This document shows, one piece after another, positions 46,328 to 56,751 of a stretch of DNA of 64,000 nt. Source of the stretch: a virus; IMG/VR virus record IMGVR_UViG_3300035670_010555, positions 96,001 through 160,000 of that record; one strand, given 5' to 3'. The notes under the pieces were generated by a model that saw only the letters and a list, made by a program, of their open reading frames with translations, was not told the origin of the DNA and did no database searches. The position numbers and the translations under genes are program-made. Position 1 is the first letter of the stretch; every line of letters begins with the position of its first letter.

Positions 46328-46813
46328 ATGAGTACGGTATTAGTTTTGAATTCTGATTACACTCCTCTGAACGTAACAAGTGTTCAGAGAGGATTTGTAT
46401 TGGTTACTAAAGGAAAGGCGGAAGTGTTAAGGTCGGATGAAAATCCGATTGTGACAGGTTACAAGACGTTTATACGACCCGTTATCATACGACTATTAAA
46501 ATATATTAGGCATAGAACAAGATTGAACAAACCCAACCGTAGTCGCATTTATAAAAGGGACGGATATGAGTGTGTTTATTGTGGGTCGAAAAAGAATCTA
46601 ACCTTAGACCACGTTATACCCAAATCAAGAGGAGGTTCGAATGAATGGACAAACTTGGTTACTTGTTGTTCAAAGTGTAATCGAGATAAGGACAACAAAA
46701 CTCCTGATGAAGCAAAGATGCCAATGAAGAAGCCGGCATACGAACCACCAATAATGTATGATGATGTGGCGTTATTAAATGTTTGGACAGATTTCCAAAA
46801 ATATTTTGTATAA
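46328..46813 (+). CDS. HNH endonuclease
   Basis: VLVLN.DY.PL; RDGYECVYCG; TLDHVIPKSRGG; NLVTCC..CN..K. Confidence 0.9.
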   Translation: MSTVLVLNSDYTPLNVTSVQRGFVLVTKGKAEVLRSDENPIVTGYKTFIRPVIIRLLKYIRHRTRLNKPNRSRIYKRDGYECVYCGSKKNLTLDHVIPKSRGGSNEWTNLVTCCSKCNRDKDNKTPDEAKMPMKKPAYEPPIMYDDVALLNVWTDFQKYFV

Positions 46814-46842
46814 AAAATGAAACTGATAGCCTTATTTTTCTT

Positions 46843-47457
46843 CTAAATTAAGTTTTTTCGTTCATTTGGAGTTGGTTCACATCCTATACTGTTGCCATTA
46901 TCATCTTTAAGGTGTCTTTCATAAATTGGAAATTCGAAACTATCATCCAAATTAAAAATTTCTTTTATTTTGGAAACTCCATTTTGGTGATAAAGTTTTT
47001 CATAAGATATTGAAGGTAAGTTCATACGTTTTATGAAATCTTGAAAATGTTTTTTTTTCGATTTGTACCCTCTATGGTAATTTTTATAAATTTCTTCATC
47101 GCTTATTGTATTATCTACATCCGTCTTCTTGTATTCCCATTGCCACTCGTTGAATAATCGATGATATAGAATCGATTTTATTTGAGCATACCAATTGTCT
47201 CTGTATATACATAAAACCTTGTCACTTCTATTAATTAAAGGTAAAAAATCGCTGTCAGGATTATAAATTTCCTTTATAATAATATTTTCATGATTATTAA
47301 TCCAATCAATACAAGTGACGTCTGTACTGTCAGTAAAATTATTAGGTGCGAGATTCCATGGTTCTGCCGCTAATTCGAAATAGGGTAGTTTTTTATTTAA
47401 TGCCTCAACTAAATGTGACCCTCCTGTTCTAGCTTCCGCAATTATTGTATATACCAT
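46843..47457 (-). CDS. Sulfotransferase-like (P-loop) protein
   Basis: N-terminal ARTGGSHL (PAPS-binding-like), YRDN and ISYE motifs. Confidence 0.55.
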   Translation of the reverse strand: MVYTIIAEARTGGSHLVEALNKKLPYFELAAEPWNLAPNNFTDSTDVTCIDWINNHENIIIKEIYNPDSDFLPLINRSDKVLCIYRDNWYAQIKSILYHRLFNEWQWEYKKTDVDNTISDEEIYKNYHRGYKSKKKHFQDFIKRMNLPSISYEKLYHQNGVSKIKEIFNLDDSFEFPIYERHLKDDNGNSIGCEPTPNERKNLI

Positions 47458-47565
47458 ATTTTATAATATATTAATTTTTTCAAAAAATAAAATTTTTTAG
47501 CGAAATTTCGGAAAACTTTTGGATGAACTGAAAAATATATTAACTTTGTAAAAAATTAAACATAT

Positions 47566-48246
47566 ATGAACATCGGACAAGAATTTCAAAACTATTACGT
47601 AAATCACTTGGGAAAGGGATCGTTGGATCTTCACAACTTCTCGAATCAAATTCAATCATCTATGACTCCATATATTTTAGAGGAAAGAGAAATGAGAGCA
47701 ACTCAGATTGATATTTTTTCGAGATTAATGAGAGACAGAATTATTTGGGTCGCAGGACCTGTAGATGATAGAATGTCAACTATCGTACAGGCACAATTAA
47801 TGTTTATGGATAATGTTGATAAAACTGACATCACAATGCATATTGACAGTCCAGGTGGAAGTGTAAAATCAGGACTTTCTATGGTTGATGTAATGAACTA
47901 CATTGCTTGTGATATTAGAACTGTGAACACAGGTATGGCAGCTTCTATGGGTTCTGTGTTGTTGGGAGCTGGAACTAAAGGGAAAAGAAGTTCTTTGAGA
48001 TTTTCGAGAACAATGTTACACCAATCTTCTGGTGGAGCTGTGGGTAACATTCAAGATGCGGAAATCACAATGAGAGAATGGGCAAAATTGAATGATATTC
48101 TATTTGGTCTTCTTGGTGAGTTCTGTAGTAAAGACCCTGAACAAGTTAAGTTGGATGCTAGTAGAGATTTGTGGTTGGATAGTGAACAAGCTCTTGAATA
48201 TGGTATTATTGACGAGATTGTTAAAACGAAAAAGAGGGGTAAATAA
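47566..48246 (+). CDS. clpP: ATP-dependent Clp protease proteolytic subunit
   Basis: DIFSRLMRDRII, IDSPGGSV, AASMGS (catalytic Ser), MLHQ, RD.W and EYGIID. Confidence 0.95.
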   Translation: MNIGQEFQNYYVNHLGKGSLDLHNFSNQIQSSMTPYILEEREMRATQIDIFSRLMRDRIIWVAGPVDDRMSTIVQAQLMFMDNVDKTDITMHIDSPGGSVKSGLSMVDVMNYIACDIRTVNTGMAASMGSVLLGAGTKGKRSSLRFSRTMLHQSSGGAVGNIQDAEITMREWAKLNDILFGLLGEFCSKDPEQVKLDASRDLWLDSEQALEYGIIDEIVKTKKRGK

Positions 48247-48325
48247 CCCCTCTTTTTTTAGACTTAGAACACCCCCTTTACTTTTTGCTCGTCAGTTTAT
48301 CACAAAATAATTTTACTTATTTTGG

Positions 48326-48994
48326 CTATTGTGTGAATAATCCTCCATCCACATCAGGTTTCAATTTGTCATAAACTTTCGAAGCCTTTTCACTCATTGT
48401 ATTAAATAAATCACATACTACATCTCTAATCTTTCTTTGTACATTTTCAGAGAAACTTTGGTCTTGTACTGCATCCGCTAAAGCACTATTCAAGAATTTG
48501 GATTCTATAGCTGCGGTACCACTTTGTTGAATAATTCTTTTGTGTATCACATCTGATAGGGCATCCGCAATCAACTTTGATAACTCATCACAACTTCTTA
48601 ATGATTGTGCGAGTTTTGTTGGGTCCGCAGATAAAATAGATTTTAATGAGTCCCTAAAATAATCTGTAAGTTGTAATGATTTCATTAGAGAATTAACTAT
48701 TGGGTCAATGATTGTTTGGAAAATACTTGTAAATCCATCTCCAAAAATTTTACCCAAAAAATCTTTTAATTGTTCATTCAATAAATTTGTTTCTTGTAAA
48801 TAATTTATTTCAGATACAAGTTTCAATGCGATTTTCTCTTGTTTCAATTTTGACAATGAACCAAAATTTTTAATATTTTCCTCAGATTCAAAAATCATAA
48901 GAATTCTATTTTTGACTATGGTTTGCTCAATCAAAAGTTTTTCTTTTCTTTCTTTTGTTTCTAAAATCGCTTTTTTTACTTTAATTTCTAACAT
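48326..48994 (-). CDS. Hypothetical helical protein
   Basis: 222-aa ORF with VKKAILE and LLNEQ motifs. Confidence 0.55.
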   Translation of the reverse strand: MLEIKVKKAILETKERKEKLLIEQTIVKNRILMIFESEENIKNFGSLSKLKQEKIALKLVSEINYLQETNLLNEQLKDFLGKIFGDGFTSIFQTIIDPIVNSLMKSLQLTDYFRDSLKSILSADPTKLAQSLRSCDELSKLIADALSDVIHKRIIQQSGTAAIESKFLNSALADAVQDQSFSENVQRKIRDVVCDLFNTMSEKASKVYDKLKPDVDGGLFTQ

Positions 48995-49002
48995 AAGTGT
49001 GA

Positions 49003-49866
49003 TTACTTAATTCTCCAAATTGAATCAGATCCTTGTGTTAATGGCCCACCCTCTTTACGGCCTGATAGAATATCTAACATATTATCAATTTTTTCGCCTC
49101 CCTTACCTAACACACCGAATTTTCCATAGTGTTGGTCTCTACAAGCCTGAACAATTCTCCTTGCTTTAGCAATTGTTGCAGGGTCAACAACGATACTATT
49201 TTTTTGCTTAAAAGATGTGTAAAAATCTTTAATGTTTTTTCTACAAACTGATTTATTAACCGACTGATTATCTAAAATGTCACTTAAAATACTATCTTGT
49301 CTTTTAAGTGTTGATTGTTGATTAGCGTCCGTATACCCTGCTGCAGGTCCTGTTTGAGTTGGTTGAGCGACGGGTTGAGTTTGAGTTGGTTGGGCAACCG
49401 GCTGAGCTTGTGTTGGTTGAGTACCAGATTGAATTTGTTTGAAGAATTCTTCTGCGTTTTTACTGTCAAAATTCAACTTACCTGAATTACTTTTCATAGT
49501 AAAGTTTGAATCACCGTTACAACTCCATGAACCTTCATCAGTTAAAGTTCCTTCCGAAAACTGTTTCCAAGTTCTGTTTTTTCCATTATTCGCGCTAAAA
49601 AATTTCCAAATTAGTTTCGAAGTTAATGTTACTTCCATCTCACTAATTCCTGTCACTGAATTTCTATTGAACTTGGCACCCTTGAAATAAAAATAAGTTT
49701 TTGTTTGAAAATAATTTTTAATACATGAAAGTGGGTCGGGTGAGCTAGATTGTGCTTGTTCCGATACAACCTTTTTATTTTCAACAGAAGTTTTTGACAA
49801 ATCATACTTCATCATCAACTTTACTCTCTCTAACGCTTCTTCGGGGCTATATTTTGGTTGAACCAT
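49003..49866 (-). CDS. Hypothetical protein with QPTQ repeats
   Basis: LERVKLMMKYD N-terminal motif; TQPVAQP repeats. Confidence 0.55.
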   Translation of the reverse strand: MVQPKYSPEEALERVKLMMKYDLSKTSVENKKVVSEQAQSSSPDPLSCIKNYFQTKTYFYFKGAKFNRNSVTGISEMEVTLTSKLIWKFFSANNGKNRTWKQFSEGTLTDEGSWSCNGDSNFTMKSNSGKLNFDSKNAEEFFKQIQSGTQPTQAQPVAQPTQTQPVAQPTQTGPAAGYTDANQQSTLKRQDSILSDILDNQSVNKSVCRKNIKDFYTSFKQKNSIVVDPATIAKARRIVQACRDQHYGKFGVLGKGGEKIDNMLDILSGRKEGGPLTQGSDSIWRIK

Positions 49867-49899
49867 AATTGACTAATTTATATTATAAATACACGTAAT

Positions 49900-50139
49900 T
49901 TACCAAATTTGATTGGCGGCTCCTCTCGTAAGACCTGTACTGTGTTTTTCACCTGCAAGACCTAACATATTTGCCTTACCTCTTGTAATTGTATATGTGT
50001 CAGACCATTTTGGAACTTTCCCTCCACCTCCTGATGCCGGAGCTGATCCAGCATCATCTTGTTCACCCATTTCATCTTTAGTTTCAATTTGAGAATACTT
50101 TGAAAAAAAATCTATAAGGAAGTCAACGTCTAATATCAT
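49900..50139 (-). CDS. Small protein with duplicated TRG(K/A)AN motif
   Basis: ITRGKAN...LTRGAAN. Confidence 0.5.
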   Translation of the reverse strand: MILDVDFLIDFFSKYSQIETKDEMGEQDDAGSAPASGGGGKVPKWSDTYTITRGKANMLGLAGEKHSTGLTRGAANQIW

Positions 50140-50187
50140 ACTAATAAATATTTGTTTAATTAGAAAATTTTTTCTTATCTTTAGAAG

Positions 50188-50715
50188 ATGAAAAAGATTA
50201 TACTGATAATTCTTTTATTTCTAACCTCTTGTCAATTCTACGTCACCGAAATTAAGGATGTCACGTTGAGTGGTAAGTACGTTGTTTCCAAATTGGAGAT
50301 TACTAGTGTTGACCAAAGCAACCCGAGAATTGAAAAATTCTTTATTAACCAAACATATGTTAATAATGCATTAGGTCACCCGTTTAACAAAATTCAAATA
50401 AATAATTTTTATATTCATTTCGACTATTCTACAATAAGAATGGGGGAAATTCAAGTTGAAGATGGTCGAGATATTTGGGAATATGGGATGTCACCAAAAG
50501 AAATTTTCTACAGAGTATTTGGTACAACACCTTTTCATTCAGGTTATCTTGAATTTGATTACTTATCAAAAGATGGTTCCCGTAGGTCAATGAAATTTAT
50601 TATCGAAGATGATGGATTGGAAACTCTCCAATTGAGGTCGACAGGAATTTGGCCAAACAATCAATTTGGAGAAAAACAAACAATGACTTTATTTTTGACC
50701 CGAGTTGGTCCTTAA
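50188..50715 (+). CDS. Putative lipoprotein (lipocalin-like)
   Basis: LTSC lipobox; LSGKY motif. Confidence 0.6.
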   Translation: MKKIILIILLFLTSCQFYVTEIKDVTLSGKYVVSKLEITSVDQSNPRIEKFFINQTYVNNALGHPFNKIQINNFYIHFDYSTIRMGEIQVEDGRDIWEYGMSPKEIFYRVFGTTPFHSGYLEFDYLSKDGSRRSMKFIIEDDGLETLQLRSTGIWPNNQFGEKQTMTLFLTRVGP

Positions 50716-51014
50716 TAAAATTCAGGTTGTGGGATTGAATCCGAATTGACAATATAATATTCATTCAAAAAAGACATCAACTCGTCTTCATCCAATTCAA
50801 CTTTTTCTTCGTCGTCATAAAAATCTTCCTCAAGGTCATCATCAAAAAAATCGAAAGATTCTGTTATCAAATCGAACCCATAACTTTCAACTACATCATA
50901 ATTGATAGTGTCGATTCTTACAACATCTTCTTCGTCCTCAATAGTTCTGAACGAAACTTCCAATAGGTTTTTCTCACTATTGAAATAGTAAGATACAATT
51001 TCCTTTATTTCCAT
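50712..51014 (-). CDS. Acidic hypothetical protein
   Basis: Likely start at MEIKEI. Confidence 0.55.
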   Translation of the reverse strand: MEIKEIVSYYFNSEKNLLEVSFRTIEDEEDVVRIDTINYDVVESYGFDLITESFDFFDDDLEEDFYDDEEKVELDEDELMSFLNEYYIVNSDSIPQPEFY

Positions 51015-51155
51015 ATGGCAACAATTTAATAACAAATATTAGAAAATATATGAAAAGTTATATTTTTGTCGGAATTAAATAAAAAAACCCCATATTACTA
51101 TGGGGTTGAAACTCGTTTGAGTCGGTCCTACGATTCTATCCTTAGGAGGGGTAAT

Positions 51156-52634
51156 TTATTTAATAATCTTCATTCTACTCATCATTTCATTAATTTTGGT
51201 TTTCTGATTGTGGAAAGATTCTTGTAAATCTTCATCTATGTCAAATTCTTCCTCATCTTCAACTTCCATCTCATCGATTTCTTCTTCGTAATAACTCGAT
51301 CTTTGATATGGTCCTGCCTTACCTGGCCCTTCAGAGTCAAAATCATATGGGGGGTCCATTTCACCATAAATTCCTTGGGAGCCTGATACATCGACTTCGT
51401 CTATTTCATCCGCAAATGCCGACTCCATGAACATAAAGTCCTCTTCTTCTTCCTCTTCTTGTCCTCCACATTCTTCCATATACTCTATGATTAAATCTTC
51501 ACCGAACCAATCCTTACACAAATCATGAACTTCATAGTAGAAATCAGAATGTAATTCTTGTTCAGTTTCAACAAAAAAAGTATCTAATGCATTAGAAATA
51601 ACATTATCTGCATATTCAAATTCATCACCGAAGTCTTTGCAAGCATCGAATTGGTCTTTTTCATATTCAATAAAAGTTAACAAATTCGGATAAGTAATTC
51701 CTCTTCTTTTATATCTCATCATATCATCAGGAGACATTTCTTGTTCTTCCATTTCTCCTTCAGTTGGATAAACATCTCCACCAGCCATTGGTCCATCAGA
51801 AACAAAATCGTAAGCAGGTTTAATATTACTTAAGTCCATATCAGGAGCATTTCCACCTCCTGTATAACCTTGTTCGTCGATAGTTTCTTTACCTTGTAAT
51901 AAGTCTTTATCGATAAGACCTACTCTAATTAAACGATTCAATAATGTTTTTCTTGGTAATTTTCTTAAGTATCTGATTACAATTGGAGGAATATCGTCAC
52001 CATATTGTCCAAACAAGTTATTTAGAATCTCATTTTCTTGAGGAGTTGGGATAAATGAAGCTCTTGCTCGGGACGCTTTCATACCTCTTTTTCCCATCTC
52101 ATAAGGTTTTCCGTCTGTAATATCTTCATCCATTTCTTCACCTGCTTGAATATCTTCAAACCCGTCGTCTTCATTGTCAGGGTCTTCGTATTCACCTTCC
52201 GATTTTATTTTTTTCATGTGATGCATTTTTTCAAATGTGCCATAATCATTACCACCACCTTCAACATAGTCAAAGTCATTATCTCCTAAATCCTTAACGT
52301 TATAGATGTCGTCTAATTTACCAACACCTTCTTCCATTTCTCCTCCACCACATTGCTCACAAATACCTTCGGTCATTCGACCTCCACATTGCTCACACAT
52401 TTCTTTGGATTCAACTTGTTCGTTAATTCCCATATTTGTATATTTCTTAACTTCACCTTTGTTGTTTACAACCATTCCGTCTTTATCACCAGCAAAATCG
52501 TAAGTGTATAAAGGTTGGGTGTTAGACACCTGTGGTTGCATGGTTTGGTATCCATTGTACAAACTTTTGTGTTGGTCCAAAATATTTTGTTTTTCAGTTG
52601 CGGACAATTGCCCTAATCCAAAGTATCCTCTCAT
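51156..52634 (-). CDS. Very acidic protein with CEQCG zinc-knuckle pair
   Basis: EKQNILDQH N-terminal motif; CEQCGG x2; repeated YDF.SDGP segments. Confidence 0.6.
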   Translation of the reverse strand: MRGYFGLGQLSATEKQNILDQHKSLYNGYQTMQPQVSNTQPLYTYDFAGDKDGMVVNNKGEVKKYTNMGINEQVESKEMCEQCGGRMTEGICEQCGGGEMEEGVGKLDDIYNVKDLGDNDFDYVEGGGNDYGTFEKMHHMKKIKSEGEYEDPDNEDDGFEDIQAGEEMDEDITDGKPYEMGKRGMKASRARASFIPTPQENEILNNLFGQYGDDIPPIVIRYLRKLPRKTLLNRLIRVGLIDKDLLQGKETIDEQGYTGGGNAPDMDLSNIKPAYDFVSDGPMAGGDVYPTEGEMEEQEMSPDDMMRYKRRGITYPNLLTFIEYEKDQFDACKDFGDEFEYADNVISNALDTFFVETEQELHSDFYYEVHDLCKDWFGEDLIIEYMEECGGQEEEEEEDFMFMESAFADEIDEVDVSGSQGIYGEMDPPYDFDSEGPGKAGPYQRSSYYEEEIDEMEVEDEEEFDIDEDLQESFHNQKTKINEMMSRMKIIK

Positions 52635-52806
52635 AAGAATCTATTTTTAATATAAATACTTTTAATTTTTTATTTTTTCCATTTGACATTCTGAAACTTA
52701 AAATCTATTATTTTATTACACAAGTGAGACCTGTATTTTCATCCGATAGTATCTTGGTAATTTATTTATCGCCTCAATTTACGGGCTCACTTGTTACTTA
52801 ACTACT

Positions 52807-53061
52807 ATGACAATCAACGACTACGACATCCACGAATACGCTGAAGGTGCCATCATTCTCGATGGACTTGATGAAGCAATTATCGGAATCGTTGAGGAGT
52901 TCGGCAACGGTCCTCGAATCCTTTATTCAAAAAACAAAATCCTTAACATTTTATGTGAAAGAGATTTAATGACACATTCTGAGGCAGAAGAATTTTACGA
53001 TTACAATATCATCGGTCTTTACGCTGGAGAACAAAATCCAGTATTCTTGGTCTCCGAGTAA
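52807..53061 (+). CDS. Conserved phage hypothetical protein
   Basis: DGLDEAIIG...EAEEFYDYNI.G.Y.GE..P.F motif. Confidence 0.65.
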   Translation: MTINDYDIHEYAEGAIILDGLDEAIIGIVEEFGNGPRILYSKNKILNILCERDLMTHSEAEEFYDYNIIGLYAGEQNPVFLVSE

Positions 53062-53282
53062 TTTTTTCTTATTATTGTAAAAAACAAAAAAATGGATTGG
53101 AAAGTAAATTACAGTAACCTTAGAAAGGTCCCAGGAAAATATTGGATAATTCCATGTATATCTATTTGGTATGATCAATATTACTTCTTGGAATTAGGAG
53201 TAAACACTCCAGCCTTTGGTCTTAATGTTTCTTTTTTTAATTTTGCTTACGGAATAGTCATACAAAAACAATAAAATAATAT

Positions 53283-53521
53283 ATGAAAATTTTTTGTAAA
53301 TTAGGATTTCATCGATGGAAAACCACAAAGGAAAAACACTCTGTCATCAACCATCCACACAATCGAGAATTTATTCGAATTATTGTTAGAGAATGTCAAT
53401 TTTGTGGAGAAAGACAACGTTGGATTGTGTCGACTGATTCACATACAAAAGGTCGTTGGGAATCTTTCCCATTTCAAATTGGAGATTTAATAAACTATGA
53501 AAATATAATTACAGATGCAAA
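53283..53521 (+). CDS. Small Zn-binding protein region (C.LG.H.W...CxxC); the ORF continues to 53603
   Basis: IFCKLGFHRW...RECQFCG motif. Confidence 0.45.
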
Positions 53522-53733
53522 CACTACTATTCAACACAAAAACAAAACACGTGACCTTATACGAAGAAACACCGGGGTCAAAAATACTATATACGTTTCG
53601 TGATGTACCGACAGTAAAAGTTATGGAAACTTACTACGAAGTGATAAGTAAGCAAACAATTGATGGTTCAGAAACTCGAGTACCTGTCGCCAGATTTCCA
53701 ATCTCAAGTACTAACATGATAATTGATAATTAA
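53515..53733 (+). CDS. Small hypothetical protein
   Basis: 72-aa ORF in a co-oriented cluster. Confidence 0.5.
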   Translation: MQTLLFNTKTKHVTLYEETPGSKILYTFRDVPTVKVMETYYEVISKQTIDGSETRVPVARFPISSTNMIIDN

Positions 53734-53736
53734 ATT

Positions 53737-53940
53737 ATGACGAAAAAAATTGTAAGTTTAATCAAAAGATTTTTACCACCCATTTTGTTGGGGATTTTCT
53801 TGGTTTTTTCTATCATACCATTGACAGAATCTACAAATTTTTTTATTTCAACAATCTCAACAATTTTGGGAGGAATTTTAATTTCACTTGTGGTTTATCT
53901 TCTTTTTTTTCGTATCTTTAGGGGTACTGAAAAAAAATGA
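53737..53940 (+). CDS. Two-TM membrane protein
   Basis: Two hydrophobic segments. Confidence 0.5.
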   Translation: MTKKIVSLIKRFLPPILLGIFLVFSIIPLTESTNFFISTISTILGGILISLVVYLLFFRIFRGTEKK

Positions 53941-54992
53941 ACTTCGACTTAAACATATTGAACGATTACATAGAAAAGGGTTTGGTGGTCAAAAATGACC
54001 ATCCAACCCTTTCTTTGTCTATTTACAACTACACCAGAAAAACCCAATACGAAAAATTGTGGGATAATATCACCAAAAGTTGTAGGGGATTGATTTTAGA
54101 TAATCAAGGGAATGTAATCGCTAAGTCATTCGACAAATTTTTCAATTTAGAGGAGCATACCCCTACCGAAATACCTAACGAAGATTTTGAAGTTTATGAA
54201 AAACTTGATGGGTCTTTGGGGATTTTGTTTTGGTATCAAGGGAAATGGATTATTGCAAGTAAGGGGTCATTTACTTCAGACCAATCAATTAAAGCAAAAC
54301 AAATATTGGATTCGAAGTATAATGTGGAACCTATCCCAAAAGGGTATACTACTTTAGTCGAAATAATTTACCCTCATAATAGAATCGTATGTGATTACGG
54401 TGATGATGAATCTTTGGTTGTTTTGGCAATGATAAGTAATGCCAACGGTAAAGAACTTGAACATGATTCGTTATTGTTGATAAACAAAGAAACAGGATTA
54501 CCTGTAGTCAAAAAATACGATGGGATTCAAGATTACAAGAGTCTTAAATCCACTATCTCCAAAGAAAGGGAGGGTTATGTTATCAAATTCAGAAGTGGTC
54601 TTAGAATGAAGATAAAGGGTGAAGATTACGTTTGTCTTCACAGAATATTAACCAATTTTTCAAATGTAGACATTTGGGAATATTTGAAAGATAATAAAGA
54701 CTTGAATGTATTATTGGATAGAGTCCCTGATGAATTTGATTCTTGGGTTAAATCCACCGTTAGAGATTTAGTTTTCAAATATGAAAATATTCTCAAAGAA
54801 TATACTGAGATATTCAATGAACTGAAATTAAAAAATTTGGGACAAAAAGATTTTGCTGAGAATGCGAAAGGATATGACCATCCATCAATATTATTCAGTA
54901 TGTTGAATGGAAAAGATGTGTCTCCATTTATTTGGAAATTAATTAGACCTGAGTATAGTAAACCATTTTGGCAAAAAGAAATAGAATCATGA
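53937..54992 (+). CDS. RNA ligase (T4 Rnl1-like)
   Basis: CRGLI...KFFN, YEKLDGSL (adenylated Lys), EII, EGYV and KIK motifs. Confidence 0.88.
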   Translation: MNFDLNILNDYIEKGLVVKNDHPTLSLSIYNYTRKTQYEKLWDNITKSCRGLILDNQGNVIAKSFDKFFNLEEHTPTEIPNEDFEVYEKLDGSLGILFWYQGKWIIASKGSFTSDQSIKAKQILDSKYNVEPIPKGYTTLVEIIYPHNRIVCDYGDDESLVVLAMISNANGKELEHDSLLLINKETGLPVVKKYDGIQDYKSLKSTISKEREGYVIKFRSGLRMKIKGEDYVCLHRILTNFSNVDIWEYLKDNKDLNVLLDRVPDEFDSWVKSTVRDLVFKYENILKEYTEIFNELKLKNLGQKDFAENAKGYDHPSILFSMLNGKDVSPFIWKLIRPEYSKPFWQKEIES

Positions 54993-55185
54993 AACCGAGT
55001 TTAGAAAAAATATTGGATAATCACATTGTACACACTGGATTTTTTGATAGAAATTCGGTTGAAAAATGTATGGAACAATCTTATGATTTGGGTACTAAAG
55101 AATTCATTGAATGGTTATCAAAACAAGACTATCTTTCCGACAACATAAACTACATCATCGAAGAATGGGAGAACCAAAATAAATT

Positions 55186-55518
55186 ATGAAATATTATCTT
55201 TTGGTTTTGGCGTTTCAAATTATGTTCAATATCTTTAAGGTGTTGGAGATAAAATACACGTACGAGAACAAGTTGAGTTTATTGTTGTACAATTCTATTT
55301 ACATTAACTTAGTCTCCTTAGCATCAGTGTATTGGTCATTGGATCTTTTGTTCGAAGGTGATTGGTGGGTAATTCCATTTTATGTTGGTGGAAGTGTTGT
55401 CGGAAAGTGGATTGCGATGAGACATGTCGAAAACATTAGATATAAAATATTCAAACTCTTTGGAAAAAAAATAAGTAAATTACAAAATAAACTACCTATC
55501 CAAAATGAAGACAACTAG
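55186..55518 (+). CDS. Membrane protein
   Basis: Three hydrophobic segments. Confidence 0.55.
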   Translation: MKYYLLVLAFQIMFNIFKVLEIKYTYENKLSLLLYNSIYINLVSLASVYWSLDLLFEGDWWVIPFYVGGSVVGKWIAMRHVENIRYKIFKLFGKKISKLQNKLPIQNEDN

Positions 55519-56128
55519 TAAATTCGGTCCATTTAAGGACAACAGACCTTTTGATGAGAAAGCTTTGGATTTTATACAAAGTCTTCTATTTTGGAGAGGT
55601 AGGAAGAAAGGAGTGATTTTTACTCGAAATATTTCTTTGGACGAAATCCGAGCAGTTTTTTTTCCAAAAAATTTTTACGAAAAATATCATTATTTAGGAC
55701 AAGTTCCTTACCGACAAGATGGAAAATTGTTCAAAGCATTGTACCCTTTAGTACTTGCTATGGATTATGAAGCAAAACCAAAATGGTGCCCAAGATGGGT
55801 TCTTCGTTTCCTACACTTGTTCGGTTCTGATAACTCCATTGTAAGAGTTCGTAATTTCACTTTACATAACTGGGAGAAAAAACTCACAAAAGGAATAATG
55901 ATGTGGGATTACAAAACCAAGTGGACTGAGTATGATTTGAGGATTTCAATTAATGCTCCAAAACATCTTCAGGATTTAGCGGATTACATCGAAACGGGAT
56001 ATTATTCAAAAGGGAGACAAGAAGAATTAGTGGGGCAAATAAAGGCTATCGATCCAAATGCAAAAATAGTTTGGGGTAGTGTAGATAGATTAGTTGACCA
56101 ATTAAATAGATTAAGAGATAGTAAATAA
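55505..56128 (+). CDS. Hypothetical protein
   Basis: 207-aa ORF in a co-oriented cluster. Confidence 0.55.
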   Translation: MKTTSKFGPFKDNRPFDEKALDFIQSLLFWRGRKKGVIFTRNISLDEIRAVFFPKNFYEKYHYLGQVPYRQDGKLFKALYPLVLAMDYEAKPKWCPRWVLRFLHLFGSDNSIVRVRNFTLHNWEKKLTKGIMMWDYKTKWTEYDLRISINAPKHLQDLADYIETGYYSKGRQEELVGQIKAIDPNAKIVWGSVDRLVDQLNRLRDSK

Positions 56129-56376
56129 TTACTAACATGATAGGAACAATAATATTTGCAATTATTTGTATAGTTTTATTACCTGTGGCGTGGCTATGGG
56201 TTACAAGAATTGATTACATGCATAAAAATCATCCTGACTATAAAGGGGAAGATTTATTTGATGAAGATGAAAAAGATGATATCAAAAATTAAGTTAATTC
56301 TGAAAGATATTTGGTTGGGGTTCTCCCTTTCCAATGAGTTCAGAAACAACCACCAACAATGGCCTAAAATATAGTT

Positions 56377-56751
56377 ATGATTTACAGAACAAGAAAAATT
56401 GTAAAGTACGAAGATTTGAACCCAAGAGGAACACTCTTTGGAGGGCAATTGTTGAAGTGGATTGATGAAGAAGCGTCTGTTTACGCCATTTGTCAAATTG
56501 GTGATCGAATGGTTGTCACCAAAGCCATGTCCAAAATCGATTTCAGGACATCTCCGAAATTAGGTGATATTGTCGAGATCGGTATGGATTTAGTAAGATT
56601 AGGTAATACCTCAATCACCTTCAAATGTAATGTAAGAAACAAATACACAAAAGAGGATGTAATCACTATTGATGAAATTGTATTCGTTAGAGTAGATGAA
56701 ACCGGAAAACCAACCTCCATCGATAAAGAAAAAATACATCAAAATGAATAA
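56377..56751 (+). CDS. Hotdog-fold acyl-CoA thioesterase
   Basis: DLN..GTLFGGQLLKWIDE and G.TS motifs. Confidence 0.85.
   Translation: MIYRTRKIVKYEDLNPRGTLFGGQLLKWIDEEASVYAICQIGDRMVVTKAMSKIDFRTSPKLGDIVEIGMDLVRLGNTSITFKCNVRNKYTKEDVITIDEIVFVRVDETGKPTSIDKEKIHQNE

Noticed and set aside
46328-46813. HNH as a Cas9/IscB-like RNA-guided effector for the scaffold RNAs
   Set aside because: It is a stand-alone 161-aa HNH with no RuvC or bridge-helix features; proximity to the RNA island is the only link.
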